Shown here one piece after another: positions 27,465 to 37,416 of a stretch of DNA of 64,000 nucleotides. Both the position numbers and the translations under genes were made by a program. How positions within the stretch are numbered: the stretch's first letter is position 1; each line of letters begins with the position of its first letter. The stretch comes from an uncultured candidatus Porisulfidus sp. GTDB taxonomy: Bacteria > Pseudomonadota > Gammaproteobacteria > Poriferisulfidales > Poriferisulfidaceae. The notes beneath the pieces were generated by a model that saw only the letters and a list, made by a program, of their open reading frames with translations, was not told the origin of the DNA and made no database searches. The DNA lies in assembly GCA_965204575.1 (NCBI GenBank), contig OZ241993.1, positions 320,001-384,000 of the forward strand. Reading direction: 5' to 3'.

Positions 27465-27908
27465 ATGGCTTCCTTTAGCGCGAGAGTCGTAGACAACCAA
27501 ATCATCCTGAAAGCGAATATTTCGATTCCAGGAGACACCTTTGATCCCCAAAAAACGTATGATTCTTTATTGGACACAGGAGCACAGCGCTCGCTAATTA
27601 GCCAGAAAGTCGTAGATGATGTCGGTCTGGACGCCATTGGAGATGCTTACATAACCCCTGTCAATGGTACGCCCATCCGCTCACTTCGATATCGAATACG
27701 GATTGATATCCCAATTACCACGGTTCAAGCAACAGAGGATGGTAGGCAGCAGGAAATGGAAACTTCCGTTCGGGGAGTAAATAATATTGAAGCCGTTTTA
27801 TTCCCTGACCAGTACCAACCCGCCAATCACGATGTGCTTTTGGGAATGGATTTTTTGAGTGCTCTCCATTTCACGATGTTTAGGGGTCATTTCATCATTA
27901 GTATCTAA
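27465..27908 (+). CDS. Retropepsin-like (clan AA) aspartyl protease
   Basis: LLDTGAQRSLIS catalytic motif and DVLLGMDFL C-terminal motif; single domain. Confidence 0.85.
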   Translation: MASFSARVVDNQIILKANISIPGDTFDPQKTYDSLLDTGAQRSLISQKVVDDVGLDAIGDAYITPVNGTPIRSLRYRIRIDIPITTVQATEDGRQQEMETSVRGVNNIEAVLFPDQYQPANHDVLLGMDFLSALHFTMFRGHFIISI

Positions 27909-27990
27909 TCTCACCCGCCGCCCCCAAACCCTCTCCCTAGTTCCTCAACTAATCAATTCCCACAGAAGAACGTCTACTCCGCCTTGCGCG

Positions 27991-28024
27991 CTGTCATATG
28001 CGTGTTACAAAATTTGGCTTTAAT
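27991..28024 (+). promoter_or_regulatory. Pho box promoter
   Basis: CTGTCAT-ATGC-GTGTTAC (11 bp period), 10 nt, then TTTAAT -10, upstream of pstS; canonical PhoB geometry. Confidence 0.75.
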
Positions 28025-28082
28025 TCGCGACACCAAGGGGACACTCCCACCCAATCAACTCGAACGCAAAGAGGTTTAACGA

Positions 28083-29108
28083 ATGAAATTCCGCATTTCC
28101 GCGGTTGTCCTGCTTGCGCTTGCCGCTTCGGCAGCCCAGGCCCGCGACCAAATCAACATAGTGGGCTCCTCCACTGTCTATCCTTTCGCCACCGTCGTGG
28201 CCGAAAAGTTTGGTAAATCCACCACTTTCAAGACCCCGAAGATTGAATCCACGGGGTCCGGCGGCGGCCTGAAGCTGTTCTGTTCCGGTGTCGGTGTCAA
28301 CACTCCGGACATCACGAACTCTTCGCGCAAGATCAAGAACGGGGAAGTCGAGAACTGCTCCAAAAACGGTGTCGGCGACGTCACGGAAGCCAAGATCGGC
28401 TACGACGGCATCGTCCTCGCCAACTCCAAGGCGACGGCCCCGATGGAACTGACCCGCCGCGACGTCTTCCTGGCCCTGGCCCGGGAAGTCCCGGACCCGG
28501 GTGGCGCGGAATCCTTTGTGGCCAACCCGTACACCACCTGGAAGGAAGTCAACCCGGCGCTGCCCGATCTCAAGATCGAAGTGCTCGGCCCGCCTCCGAC
28601 CTCCGGCACCCGGGACGCTTTCGCCGAGCTCGCCCTAGAAGGCGGATGCAAGACCTTCGCCTGGATCAAGGCCATGAAGAAGAAGGACAAGAAGATGTAC
28701 AAGTCCTATTGCCATTCCGTGCGTGAGGACGGCCACTACATCGAAGCCGGCGAGAACGATAATCTCATCGTGCAGAAACTGACCGCCAACCCCAGTGCGC
28801 TGGGTGTCTTCGGGTTCAGCTTCCTGGATCAGAATTCCGACAAGGTTCAGGGCTCGGTCATGGACGGCGTCGCGCCGACGTTTGACGCTATTGCCGATGG
28901 CAGCTACCCGGTCTCGCGGCCGCTGTACTTCTACATCAAGAACGCCCATCTGGATGTCATCCCCGGCATTCGGGAGTTCGTCGCTGAATTCATGAGCGAC
29001 AAGGCTAGCGGTTCAGAGGGTTACCTGACTGAAAAGGGCATGATCCCGATGTCCGCCGAAGAGCGTGGCAATTCGGTGCCCCAGATCACCTCGTTCACTC
29101 CGCTCTAA
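28083..29108 (+). CDS. pstS: Phosphate ABC transporter substrate-binding protein
   Basis: Signal peptide, IVGSSTVYPF, ESTGSGGG, GPPPTSGTRDAF, YPVSRPLYFY. Confidence 0.95.
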   Translation: MKFRISAVVLLALAASAAQARDQINIVGSSTVYPFATVVAEKFGKSTTFKTPKIESTGSGGGLKLFCSGVGVNTPDITNSSRKIKNGEVENCSKNGVGDVTEAKIGYDGIVLANSKATAPMELTRRDVFLALAREVPDPGGAESFVANPYTTWKEVNPALPDLKIEVLGPPPTSGTRDAFAELALEGGCKTFAWIKAMKKKDKKMYKSYCHSVREDGHYIEAGENDNLIVQKLTANPSALGVFGFSFLDQNSDKVQGSVMDGVAPTFDAIADGSYPVSRPLYFYIKNAHLDVIPGIREFVAEFMSDKASGSEGYLTEKGMIPMSAEERGNSVPQITSFTPL

Positions 29109-29130
29109 GCAGAAACTTCCAGAGTTCTGC

Positions 29131-29160
29131 AAAGAGGGCCGCGAATGCGGCCCTCTTTTT
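29131..29160 (+). terminator. Rho-independent terminator
   Basis: AAAGAGGGCCGC-GAAT-GCGGCCCTCTTTTT. Confidence 0.9.
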
Positions 29161-29448
29161 GTCATAAGTGACTTGATATCACGCGGGCTACAACTCCAAT
29201 TTCGACAGGCTTAAATGTTTAACCAAGGGCAACAATACACCTGATTTTCTCCCATCAGTATTAGAAATCAATTTGAAAGGAAAAGATACTAAACCCGGAT
29301 CACAGAAATAACGGCTAGAAATTTAACGTAAAACAAATTCATTAAAAAATTTGGAGTGGGGACCCAGAATAGAATGCTTTTCATTGCACTGCGTCCAGTA
29401 GTCATTCATCTTTATACTAGATTCCTTATCTCTATGCTATAGGATGGA

Positions 29449-30567
29449 ATGATGACACCAGTCTACTATCACGTGGATCAATTCCCACCCGACAAACTCA
29501 TTGATTGGTCGAGATTGATCCCTCTAATTGGCCCAGCTGCTGCTGCAATTGCGCGGTACGACGGGATGCTTGCAGCAATTCCAGACCCTAACGTCCTTCT
29601 TACCCCTCTTACTACACGCGAAGCAGTGCTCTCTTCTCGCATTGAAGGCACACAAGCCACTATAGGAGAAGTATTGGAATTCGAGGCTGGACAAATGCCA
29701 GACTCTCCTACACGCTATGACGACATCCACGAAATTCTAAATTACCGTGCTGCCATAAGGGAAGCAGAAAAAATGTTGGCGCAATTACCGCTATCTCAAC
29801 GAGTTATACGAAAAGCACACTCAACGTTGTTGTCTGGAGTACGTGGTGCCGGCAAATCGCCTGGAGAATACCGAAAAATTCCTAATTGGATTGGGCCTCC
29901 CGGTTGCCCTATTGAGCAGGCTAAGTTTGTTCCAATTGAGGCAAATAAACTTCCAAGTGCGATAAGTGCTTGGGAGAACTATATCCATCAGGACAGCCCT
30001 GACCGATTAGTCCAACTCGCTATTTTGCACGCCGAATTCGAAGCGTTACATCCATTCCTAGATGGCAATGGTCGCCTAGGACGCATGATGGTGCCTTTGT
30101 TCCTCTGGCAACATAATCTCATTAGGGCGCCCATGTTTTATATTAGTGCTTACTTTGAGGCTCGTCGCGATGAATATTATGAGGCTCTGCTTGCTGTCTC
30201 ACGTGATGACAATTGGACTGGATGGTGTGTATTTTTCTTGGAGGCAGTCAAAGCACAAGCCGAAGAAAATCTCACCAAAACCCAAGGTATCATTGACCTC
30301 TACAGCAACATGAAAACCCGCATGGCGGATCTGACTCGCTCTCGCTATGCCATTCATGCCCTAGACTGGATTTTTGAGCATCCCATCTTCAAAAGTACCG
30401 ATTTCATTACCACGGCTGGCATTCCAGAACAAACGGCAAAACGAATTTTGAGAATTTTGCTTACCGGAGAAATTCTGAAGAATGTTATTGGCAACCAAGG
30501 TCGCCGAGCTAGAATACTTTCATTTCCTCAACTCTTGAATGTGACAGAAGGTGGCGAAGTATTTTAA
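29449..30567 (+). CDS. Fic family protein (Fic_N, Fic and probable C-terminal wHTH)
   Basis: EAVLSSRIEGT inhibitory-helix motif, HPFLDGNGRLGR catalytic motif; lower GC than flanks. Confidence 0.93.
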   Translation: MMTPVYYHVDQFPPDKLIDWSRLIPLIGPAAAAIARYDGMLAAIPDPNVLLTPLTTREAVLSSRIEGTQATIGEVLEFEAGQMPDSPTRYDDIHEILNYRAAIREAEKMLAQLPLSQRVIRKAHSTLLSGVRGAGKSPGEYRKIPNWIGPPGCPIEQAKFVPIEANKLPSAISAWENYIHQDSPDRLVQLAILHAEFEALHPFLDGNGRLGRMMVPLFLWQHNLIRAPMFYISAYFEARRDEYYEALLAVSRDDNWTGWCVFFLEAVKAQAEENLTKTQGIIDLYSNMKTRMADLTRSRYAIHALDWIFEHPIFKSTDFITTAGIPEQTAKRILRILLTGEILKNVIGNQGRRARILSFPQLLNVTEGGEVF

Positions 30568-30775
30568 TGATTGCCGATACGTGGAAAAGTTTCAAGCGAT
30601 TGATTATTCTTAGAAAAATGATTTTATTAGAAATCTCAACGATCACTTATGATCCACAAAACATTTTGTCGGTCACTTTTTATGAAAAAATGATCCATTT
30701 AGACGTATTGGCGATCACCGATGATCCGCAAAACATTTTATAGGTCACTTTCCGGCAAAAATGATCGCCTAGGTC
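30568..30775. repeat. Tandem array with 72 bp period downstream of fic
   Basis: CGATCAC..ATGATCC.CAAAACATTTT.T.GGTCACTTT...AAAAATGATC at 30640 and 30712, plus a degenerate copy at about 30568. Confidence 0.8.
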
Positions 30776-30776
30776 T

Positions 30777-33611
30777 ATGAAACCCGCCCCCATCCCAAGT
30801 TGCTTAAGAAAGGAAGCGGAATCAGTCTTGGAGGAAATCCGGCCTGCCCTGGATGGCGAAATACTGGACGCGAATCAACCGGCCCTGCTTAACCTGTTTG
30901 CCGCCAGTCCGTTTGCGGCCCGTCTTGCACGGGCCTACCCGGACCTGCTGGAATCCGCCCTGCGTGACCCGGTTGCCAAGGAACTGGAACTGCCCGACCC
31001 CGAAACTGCGGAAGATGCGGACTTCGCGCGTATCCTGCGCCAGGCCCGAGCCCGGGAAATGCTCCGCATCATGTTCCGGGACATCAACGGGCTGGTGGAA
31101 CTGCCGGATACCTTGCACGACCTGACCGCTTTCGCGGACCGGGCCGTGATGGGGGCTGCCCACTGGCACCGCTCCCGAATGAAAGAACCCAGCCCGACCG
31201 ACGAGAGCGGTGAGCCCGTGCCGTTCGTGGTGCTCGGCATGGGCAAGCTTGGCGGGATGGAACTCAATTTTTCTTCCGACATCGACCTGATCTTCACCTA
31301 CCCGGACCCCGCCTCGGACCGGGAAGAGGCACAATCCTATTTCATCCGGCTGGGGCAGAAAACGATCAAGGCGCTGGACGATGTCACCGCCGACGGCTTC
31401 GTCTTCCGGGTCGACATGAGGTTGCGCCCGTTCGGCTCGACCGGCAGCCTGGCACTGCCGTTCTCCTCCATGGAGGGCTACTATCAGAACCACGGGCGCG
31501 AATGGGAACGTTATGCGCTGATCAAGGCGCGGCCGCTGGGCGCGCCCACCGCTGCCGGGGCAGAACTGACTGAGCTGCTTCGTCCTTTCATCTTTCGACG
31601 CTCCCTGGACTTCCACGTGCTGGAAGAATTGCGCACCATGAAGGCAAAGATGGCACACCATGCTCGGCAGGAGACGCTGGAAGACGACCTCAAGCACGGT
31701 CCCGGCGGAATTCGCGAGGCGGAATTCATTCTGCAGAGCGCACAGTTGATCTTTGGCGGGCGGGAGCCGGTTCTCCAACAAACTTCGTGGATACGGGCGT
31801 TGGAGGCCATGGTCCGGTGCGGGAAGCTGACCGACAGCGATAAGCAGTTGTTGTTCGAGGCGTATTCTTTTCTCCGCACCGTGGAGAATCGCCTGCAGAT
31901 GGTCGACGACCAGCAGACGCACACCCTGCCGCAGAATGAGACAGCGCGGGACCGGCTGCAGTTCCCAATGGGCTACTCGGACTGGCAGGAGTTTGTGGAC
32001 GCGCTCACCATGCAGCGAGTCAGCCTGCAACTGGAATTCACCTGCCTGATGCGCGTGGAGTTGGAAGCCGAGCAGGAACATCCGGAAGAATTGAAGGCAC
32101 TGCTGCACGCGATCGAGACAGTCGGGCAGCAACACGGCGGCGACGTGGCCGACTTGAAGCAGGTCTTTGAAAAAATGGGCTTGCAGGACGGTGCGGAAGA
32201 ACCGGCGCAGAGGCTGCACGCCATCGTCGCCTCCGCCGCGTGGCGCGTCCAGAATACCCGCGCGCGACATTACGCGTTAGCCTTGATCCCGAAAATGATC
32301 GAAAGCGCCGGCCGGCAGGATGCTTCCGCACAAGTGCTGAATCTCTTGTTCGACGTGCTGGAAACCCTCCTGCGCCGACCCGACTGCATGGCTCTGTTGA
32401 CCGAGAACCCTCCGGCACTGAACTTGCTCACCGAACTGACCAGCCGCAGTCCGTGGGTGCGGACCCAGGTCCTGGAGTCCCCGCACCTCATCGACGAATT
32501 GCTCTCCCCGAACAGCTTGTTTGGAGAACGGACCCCGGAAATCCTGCAGAAAATCCTGCAACTCGCCCTGCCGGACGACGAGGACGACCTGGAGCAGCAA
32601 ATGAGAGCCTTGCGCCAGTTCCGGCAATCCCAAACCCTGCAAATCGCCGCCTGCAACCTCGTGCACTCGAAATCCCTCTCGGACGTGAGCGACGAATTGA
32701 CCTGGGTCGCTGAAACCGTTACCGCCTGCGCGTGGGAGCTGGCCCTGCAGCAGCAACTCCAGCGCCACGGCCAGCCGCACTGCATCGTCGATGGGCAGCG
32801 CCGTCCGGCCCACTGCGCCATTGTCGCCTACGGCAAGTTCGGCGGGCTTGAAATGGGGTTCGACTCCGACCTGGACCTGGTGTTCGTGCATGACAGCGAT
32901 GGCGAAGAGCAGATGACCGACGGGGAAAAGCCGGTATACAACGAATATTTCTTCACTCGCGTGGCGCAACGATTCATCCACATCATGGAGACTATGACCG
33001 CCTACGGCACCTTGTACGAAATCGATCCCCGGCTGCGGCCGGGCGGACAGTCCGGACAGCCGGTCTGCAGCCTGCACTACTATGAAAAATATCTGGAGGA
33101 AAAAGCCTGGACCTGGGAGCGTCAGGCATTGGCGCGGGCACGGGTGGTCGCGGGCCATGACGCGGTGCGGACAGCATTCGAGCAAGTCCGGGCACGCGTT
33201 TTATGCGTGCCGCGCGAACCCGCCGAACTGCAACAAGAGTTCGTGGACATGCGTCAGCGAATGCTGGATGCGCACCCCCCTCTATCCGAGTCTTTCCACA
33301 TCAAGAGGGACCCCGGCGGGATCACCGATCTGGAGTTCATGGTGCACTATAATGTATTGCTTCACGCTGGAAAACACCCGGAAATCATTGAGCCGACTGC
33401 CACAGTGATGATCCTGGATCGTCTGGCGCAATGTGGCCTGCTGGGCACCGAAACAACTGAATTCCTGCGCGCCTGCTACTTCAGTTACCGCGACCGGATA
33501 CACGTACTCAACCTGCAGGAGTTGCCGCCGCACTCTCCGCCGGACGAATTCGCCGGCGAACGCAAGAAAATTCGGGAACTTTGGGACGAGACCTTCGATC
33601 TGGCGACATGA
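30777..33611 (+). CDS. glnE: Glutamine synthetase adenylyltransferase/removase
   Basis: Two NT domains: GMGKLGG.ELNFSSDIDL with RVDMRLRPFG, and YGKFGG.EMGFDSDLDL with IDPRLRP. Confidence 0.97.
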   Translation: MKPAPIPSCLRKEAESVLEEIRPALDGEILDANQPALLNLFAASPFAARLARAYPDLLESALRDPVAKELELPDPETAEDADFARILRQARAREMLRIMFRDINGLVELPDTLHDLTAFADRAVMGAAHWHRSRMKEPSPTDESGEPVPFVVLGMGKLGGMELNFSSDIDLIFTYPDPASDREEAQSYFIRLGQKTIKALDDVTADGFVFRVDMRLRPFGSTGSLALPFSSMEGYYQNHGREWERYALIKARPLGAPTAAGAELTELLRPFIFRRSLDFHVLEELRTMKAKMAHHARQETLEDDLKHGPGGIREAEFILQSAQLIFGGREPVLQQTSWIRALEAMVRCGKLTDSDKQLLFEAYSFLRTVENRLQMVDDQQTHTLPQNETARDRLQFPMGYSDWQEFVDALTMQRVSLQLEFTCLMRVELEAEQEHPEELKALLHAIETVGQQHGGDVADLKQVFEKMGLQDGAEEPAQRLHAIVASAAWRVQNTRARHYALALIPKMIESAGRQDASAQVLNLLFDVLETLLRRPDCMALLTENPPALNLLTELTSRSPWVRTQVLESPHLIDELLSPNSLFGERTPEILQKILQLALPDDEDDLEQQMRALRQFRQSQTLQIAACNLVHSKSLSDVSDELTWVAETVTACAWELALQQQLQRHGQPHCIVDGQRRPAHCAIVAYGKFGGLEMGFDSDLDLVFVHDSDGEEQMTDGEKPVYNEYFFTRVAQRFIHIMETMTAYGTLYEIDPRLRPGGQSGQPVCSLHYYEKYLEEKAWTWERQALARARVVAGHDAVRTAFEQVRARVLCVPREPAELQQEFVDMRQRMLDAHPPLSESFHIKRDPGGITDLEFMVHYNVLLHAGKHPEIIEPTATVMILDRLAQCGLLGTETTEFLRACYFSYRDRIHVLNLQELPPHSPPDEFAGERKKIRELWDETFDLAT

Positions 33612-34537
33612 GCACACTGGCCCCGCACCCGGACGCCGTAATCTGGCTGGACAACCGCTTGGTCCCCTGGGCCGAGGCAACCACGCATGTCTTGACCCAC
33701 AGCCTGCATTACGGCAGTGGCGTTTTCGAGGGGCTGCGGGCATTCGCCACCGAGCGAGGCCCCGCCATCTTCCGCCTGCAGGAGCACACCGACCGCCTGT
33801 TCACCTCGGCCGGTTGCGTCGACATGACTATCCCGTTCTCCCAAGAGGAAGTCAACCAGGCCTGCATCGACGTGGTCCGGAAAAACCGGCTGGAGACCGC
33901 GTACATCCGTCCGATCTGCTTCTACGGGGCAGAGGGATTGGGGCTGCACGCCAAGGGACTTGAAGTTCACACCGCAGTGGCCGCCTGGGAATGGGGCGCC
34001 TATTTGGGCGTGGAAGGCTTGGAACGCGGCATCCGCGTCTACACCTCGTCCATCATCCGCGATCGCGTCAATTCCCCGCTGACCAGTTCCAAGATCTGCG
34101 GGAATTACGTCTATTCGGCCGTGGCCACGGCACAAGCGAAGCAGGCGGGGTACGACGAGGCGTTGCTGCTGGAAGCGGACGGACGAATCTCGGAGGGCAG
34201 CGGTGAAAACCTGTTCATTGTTCGCGATGGCGTGCTGGAGACTCCAGCGCTAGGATCCGCTCTTGATGGAATCACCCGTCGCACCATCATCGAGCTGGCG
34301 CAGGAAGCCGATCTGGAGGTCCGCGAAAACCGGCTGGTCCGGGATGATCTGCTCCAATGCGAGGAAGCATTTTTTACCGGGACTGCAGCCGACGTCACCC
34401 CCATCCGGGAACTGGACGGCGAAGCCATCGGCAATGGCCAACGCGGGCCTGTCACCTCTCAGCTGCAGCAGCAATACCAAGACATCGTGAGCGGGCGTTC
34501 CGAGCGTCATCTTCACTGGCTGACATTGGTGGAATAA
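33608..34537 (+). CDS. ilvE: Branched-chain amino acid aminotransferase
   Basis: LTHSLHYGSGVFEG.R, K.CGNY, EGSGENLF, LDGITR, FFTGTAA. Confidence 0.95.
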   Translation: MSTLAPHPDAVIWLDNRLVPWAEATTHVLTHSLHYGSGVFEGLRAFATERGPAIFRLQEHTDRLFTSAGCVDMTIPFSQEEVNQACIDVVRKNRLETAYIRPICFYGAEGLGLHAKGLEVHTAVAAWEWGAYLGVEGLERGIRVYTSSIIRDRVNSPLTSSKICGNYVYSAVATAQAKQAGYDEALLLEADGRISEGSGENLFIVRDGVLETPALGSALDGITRRTIIELAQEADLEVRENRLVRDDLLQCEEAFFTGTAADVTPIRELDGEAIGNGQRGPVTSQLQQQYQDIVSGRSERHLHWLTLVE

Positions 34538-34539
34538 TC

Positions 34540-34767
34540 ATGCCCAATCCTCACACCGCGAAGCATCCGAGCTCCTTCAAGACGCCAAATCAGGCGGCTC
34601 AGCAAAATATTCGCCTCAAGCAACTCCCCCTCCACTGCCCCCTGCCGGGAACCAGCCTGTGGAATTCCCACCCCCGGATTTTCCTGCCGATTGAGGACAT
34701 GCCCGACGGCAAGATCCGGTGCCCTTATTGCGGCACTCTATACACGCTGGTGGACTCGGACAGCTGA
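34540..34767 (+). CDS. zf-CHCC zinc-finger protein
   Basis: LPLHCP...LWNSHPRIFL...CPYCGTLY; lies between ilvE and the LPS genes. Confidence 0.85.
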   Translation: MPNPHTAKHPSSFKTPNQAAQQNIRLKQLPLHCPLPGTSLWNSHPRIFLPIEDMPDGKIRCPYCGTLYTLVDSDS

Positions 34768-34772
34768 ATCCA

Positions 34773-36197
34773 GTGCATCTGAGCCTGCCCGATTTCTCCT
34801 CAGTCCGCGCCCTAGTGGTCGGCGATGTCATGCTGGACCGCTACTGGAGCGGGAACGCCGAACGTGTCTCTCCGGAGGCCCCGGTGCCCGTCGTCACCGT
34901 GGAAGACGAACAGCAACGGATTGGCGGGGCAGGCAACGTGGCCGTCAACATTGCTGCTCTGGGTGCCCAAACCACCCTTCTGGCCCCGGTCGGCCCGGAT
35001 CAGCCTGGCCGCACGTTCACCCGCCTGATTCGCAAGCATGGAATCGAAAACCGCCTGATGGTTCAAAGCGGGATGACCACGCCGCTTAAGCTCCGGGTCG
35101 TCAGTCAGCATCAGCAGCTGATCCGGCTGGATTTCGAGAAGCGTGCGAATTTAAACAAGACCCTGTTCCAGAAGCGGTTTCGTTCCGCCCTGAACCATTG
35201 CGATGTCGTCATCCTGTCGGATTACGGCAAGGGAGCCCTGGAAGACCCCCAGCCGCTGATTACCCTGTGCCGCCGCATGGGCAAGCCGGTGTTCGTGGAC
35301 CCCAAACGGGCCAATTTCTCCGCCTATGCCGGCGCCACCGCCATGACCCCGAATCGCCGGGAACTGGAAGCCGCGGTCGGGCCGGTTCCCTCTCTCGAGG
35401 CGATTTCCGCCCATGCCGAAAAACTCTGCCGCCGACACCGCCTGAAAGCGATGCTGGTCACCTTGGGAGAACAGGGCATGCTGTTGCAGAAAGGACGCGC
35501 AAGCACCCACCTTGCAGTGACGGCGCGCGATGTGTTCGATGTCACGGGTGCCGGGGACACCGTGATCGCCATGTTCGCATGCGCCCATGCCGCAGGACTG
35601 TCACTGGAAGAATCCATGCGGCTGGCAAACCTGGCCGCAGGCCAGGTGGTCGGCAAGTTTGGAACGGCGGCCGTCACGCCGGATGAACTGAAGCGGGCCA
35701 TGCGCCTTGAACGGAAAACGGAAACCGGCATTGTTCCCTACAACACCCTTCGCCGGCTGGTCCGTGAAACCCGGGAACTGGGTGAAACCGTGGTGTTTAC
35801 GAACGGCTGCTTCGATCTTCTTCATGCCGGTCATGTGGCACTGCTGGAACAGGCGGCAGAGCTTGGCGACCGACTGGTCGTGGCGGTCAACAGCGATTCC
35901 TCGGTTCGCCGCAACAAGGGGACGGGTCGTCCGATTCAGCTACTCAAGTACCGGCAGCAAGTGCTGGCGGGCCTGGAATGCGTGGACTGGGTCGTGTCGT
36001 TTTCCCAAGATACGCCGGAACAGTTGATCCGCGAAATCCTGCCGGATGTGCTGGTCAAGGGAGCCGACTACAAGCCTTCCCAGATCGTCGGCAAAAAAGA
36101 AGTCGAGAAAGCGGGCGGGAAAGTCGTCGTCCTGCCGCTGATGGAAGGCTACTCGACCACGGATCTGATCCGGCGTATCCGCGAGAGCGAGGAATAG
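34773..36197 (+). CDS. hldE: Bifunctional heptose 7-phosphate kinase/heptose 1-phosphate adenylyltransferase
   Basis: GDVMLDRYW, SPEAPVPV, DVTGAGDTV, FTNGCFDLLHAGH; start uncertain (GTG 34773). Confidence 0.96.
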   Translation: MHLSLPDFSSVRALVVGDVMLDRYWSGNAERVSPEAPVPVVTVEDEQQRIGGAGNVAVNIAALGAQTTLLAPVGPDQPGRTFTRLIRKHGIENRLMVQSGMTTPLKLRVVSQHQQLIRLDFEKRANLNKTLFQKRFRSALNHCDVVILSDYGKGALEDPQPLITLCRRMGKPVFVDPKRANFSAYAGATAMTPNRRELEAAVGPVPSLEAISAHAEKLCRRHRLKAMLVTLGEQGMLLQKGRASTHLAVTARDVFDVTGAGDTVIAMFACAHAAGLSLEESMRLANLAAGQVVGKFGTAAVTPDELKRAMRLERKTETGIVPYNTLRRLVRETRELGETVVFTNGCFDLLHAGHVALLEQAAELGDRLVVAVNSDSSVRRNKGTGRPIQLLKYRQQVLAGLECVDWVVSFSQDTPEQLIREILPDVLVKGADYKPSQIVGKKEVEKAGGKVVVLPLMEGYSTTDLIRRIRESEE

Positions 36198-36200
36198 GCC

Positions 36201-37226
36201 GTGGCAGACCAGGATTCCCGCATCCTGGTGATCGCGCAAGCCTGGGTCGGCGATGTCGTACTCAGCCAGATCCTGTACGCCCTGCTCAAACGCCGGCAGC
36301 CTGATGTCTCCATTGACGTCGTCGCGCCCTCTTGGGCGGAGGCATTGCTCGGGCGGATGCCCCAGGTTTCTCGCCACATTCCTCTTGATGTCCGGCACGG
36401 GCAGCTCGGGCTGTGGCGGCGGTGGGCGACAGCCCGCCGCTTGGATGCGCAGTATCAACAGGCGATCATCATCCCGCGCTCCGTAAAAGCGGCATTGGTG
36501 CCTTGGGCCGCCGGAATCAGGCAGAGAACCGGCTTTGACGCCGGAATCCGCAATGTGCTGATCAATGATTCCCGCTCCCGGCCACCGGGCATTCTCGCCC
36601 GGATGGCACGCCTGACATCGCCGGATCCTGTCGACTCGAATTCCATCCCCTACCCGAGTTTGGAAGTGGATTCGGAACAGACAGCCAGCGTGTTTCGACA
36701 ATGGAACATGGATCCCGATGAAACGGTCGTCGGACTGATGCCGGGTGCCGCCTACGGCCGAGCCAAACAATGGGGTGAGGGATCCTTCGTCCGGCTGGCG
36801 ACCCTGCTCGCCGAGCAAGGGCATCGGATCTGCGTGATCGGCACGGCGGGAGATCGCCCCCTCGGCGACGGCATCGTCCAGGCCGCGCCGGAGCAGACCG
36901 TGAACCTGTGCGGGGAAACCACGCTGGACCAAGCCGTCCACCTGGTTTCGGGGCTTGCGGCTGCGGTTTGCAATGATTCCGGACTGATGCACGTGGCTGC
37001 CGCCGTGAATACTCCCGTCGTCGGCATTTACGGCCCCACCAGCCCCGACACGCACCCGCCCCTGGCCGATGCCCGAAAAATTTGCTCGGCGCGGACCCTG
37101 TGCAGCCCCTGCCATCAGCGCACCTGCCCTTACGGGCACCACGCCTGCATGACCCGCATCACCCCCGAGCAGGTGTGTGAAGCCACACTTTCGTTGCTTC
37201 ATGACCGATCTCCATTGCTACAATAA
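36201..37226 (+). CDS. waaF: LPS heptosyltransferase II
   Basis: WVGDVVLSQ, PGAAYG.AKQW, NDSGLMHVAAA, CSPC.QRTCP.GHHACM. Confidence 0.93.
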   Translation: MADQDSRILVIAQAWVGDVVLSQILYALLKRRQPDVSIDVVAPSWAEALLGRMPQVSRHIPLDVRHGQLGLWRRWATARRLDAQYQQAIIIPRSVKAALVPWAAGIRQRTGFDAGIRNVLINDSRSRPPGILARMARLTSPDPVDSNSIPYPSLEVDSEQTASVFRQWNMDPDETVVGLMPGAAYGRAKQWGEGSFVRLATLLAEQGHRICVIGTAGDRPLGDGIVQAAPEQTVNLCGETTLDQAVHLVSGLAAAVCNDSGLMHVAAAVNTPVVGIYGPTSPDTHPPLADARKICSARTLCSPCHQRTCPYGHHACMTRITPEQVCEATLSLLHDRSPLLQ

Positions 37227-37275
37227 TTAATCGCTCCGTACCTGAAAGAAAGGGCGGAGTGTCTGGAGCCTGAAG

Positions 37276-37363
37276 GCCGAGATGGCGGAATTGGTAGACG
37301 CGCCGGACTCAAAATCCGGTGGGGTAGTCCCCCGTGTGGGTTCGAGTCCCACTCTCGGTACCA
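37276..37363 (+). tRNA. tRNA-Leu (CAA)
   Basis: GCCGAGA/TCTCGGT acceptor stem, CCGGA-CTCAAAA-TCCGG anticodon arm, long variable arm, GGTTCGAGTCC T-arm, encoded CCA. Confidence 0.97.
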
Positions 37364-37416
37364 ACAGCCACGGCATATCATAGGTGGAAGCTGGCACTCT
37401 CTTCGAAGCCCCCCCG

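Noticed and set aside
29165-29440. AT-rich stretch upstream of fic as a gene remnant or sRNA
   Set aside because: No recognisable ORF, motif or stable structure by eye
30568-30775. Possible CRISPR array
   Set aside because: Units are similar along their whole length with no unique spacers, and there are no cas genes in the window
37276-37363. tRNA-Leu as an island integration site
   Set aside because: Flanked by housekeeping genes; no integrase and no duplicated tRNA 3' end noticed in the window
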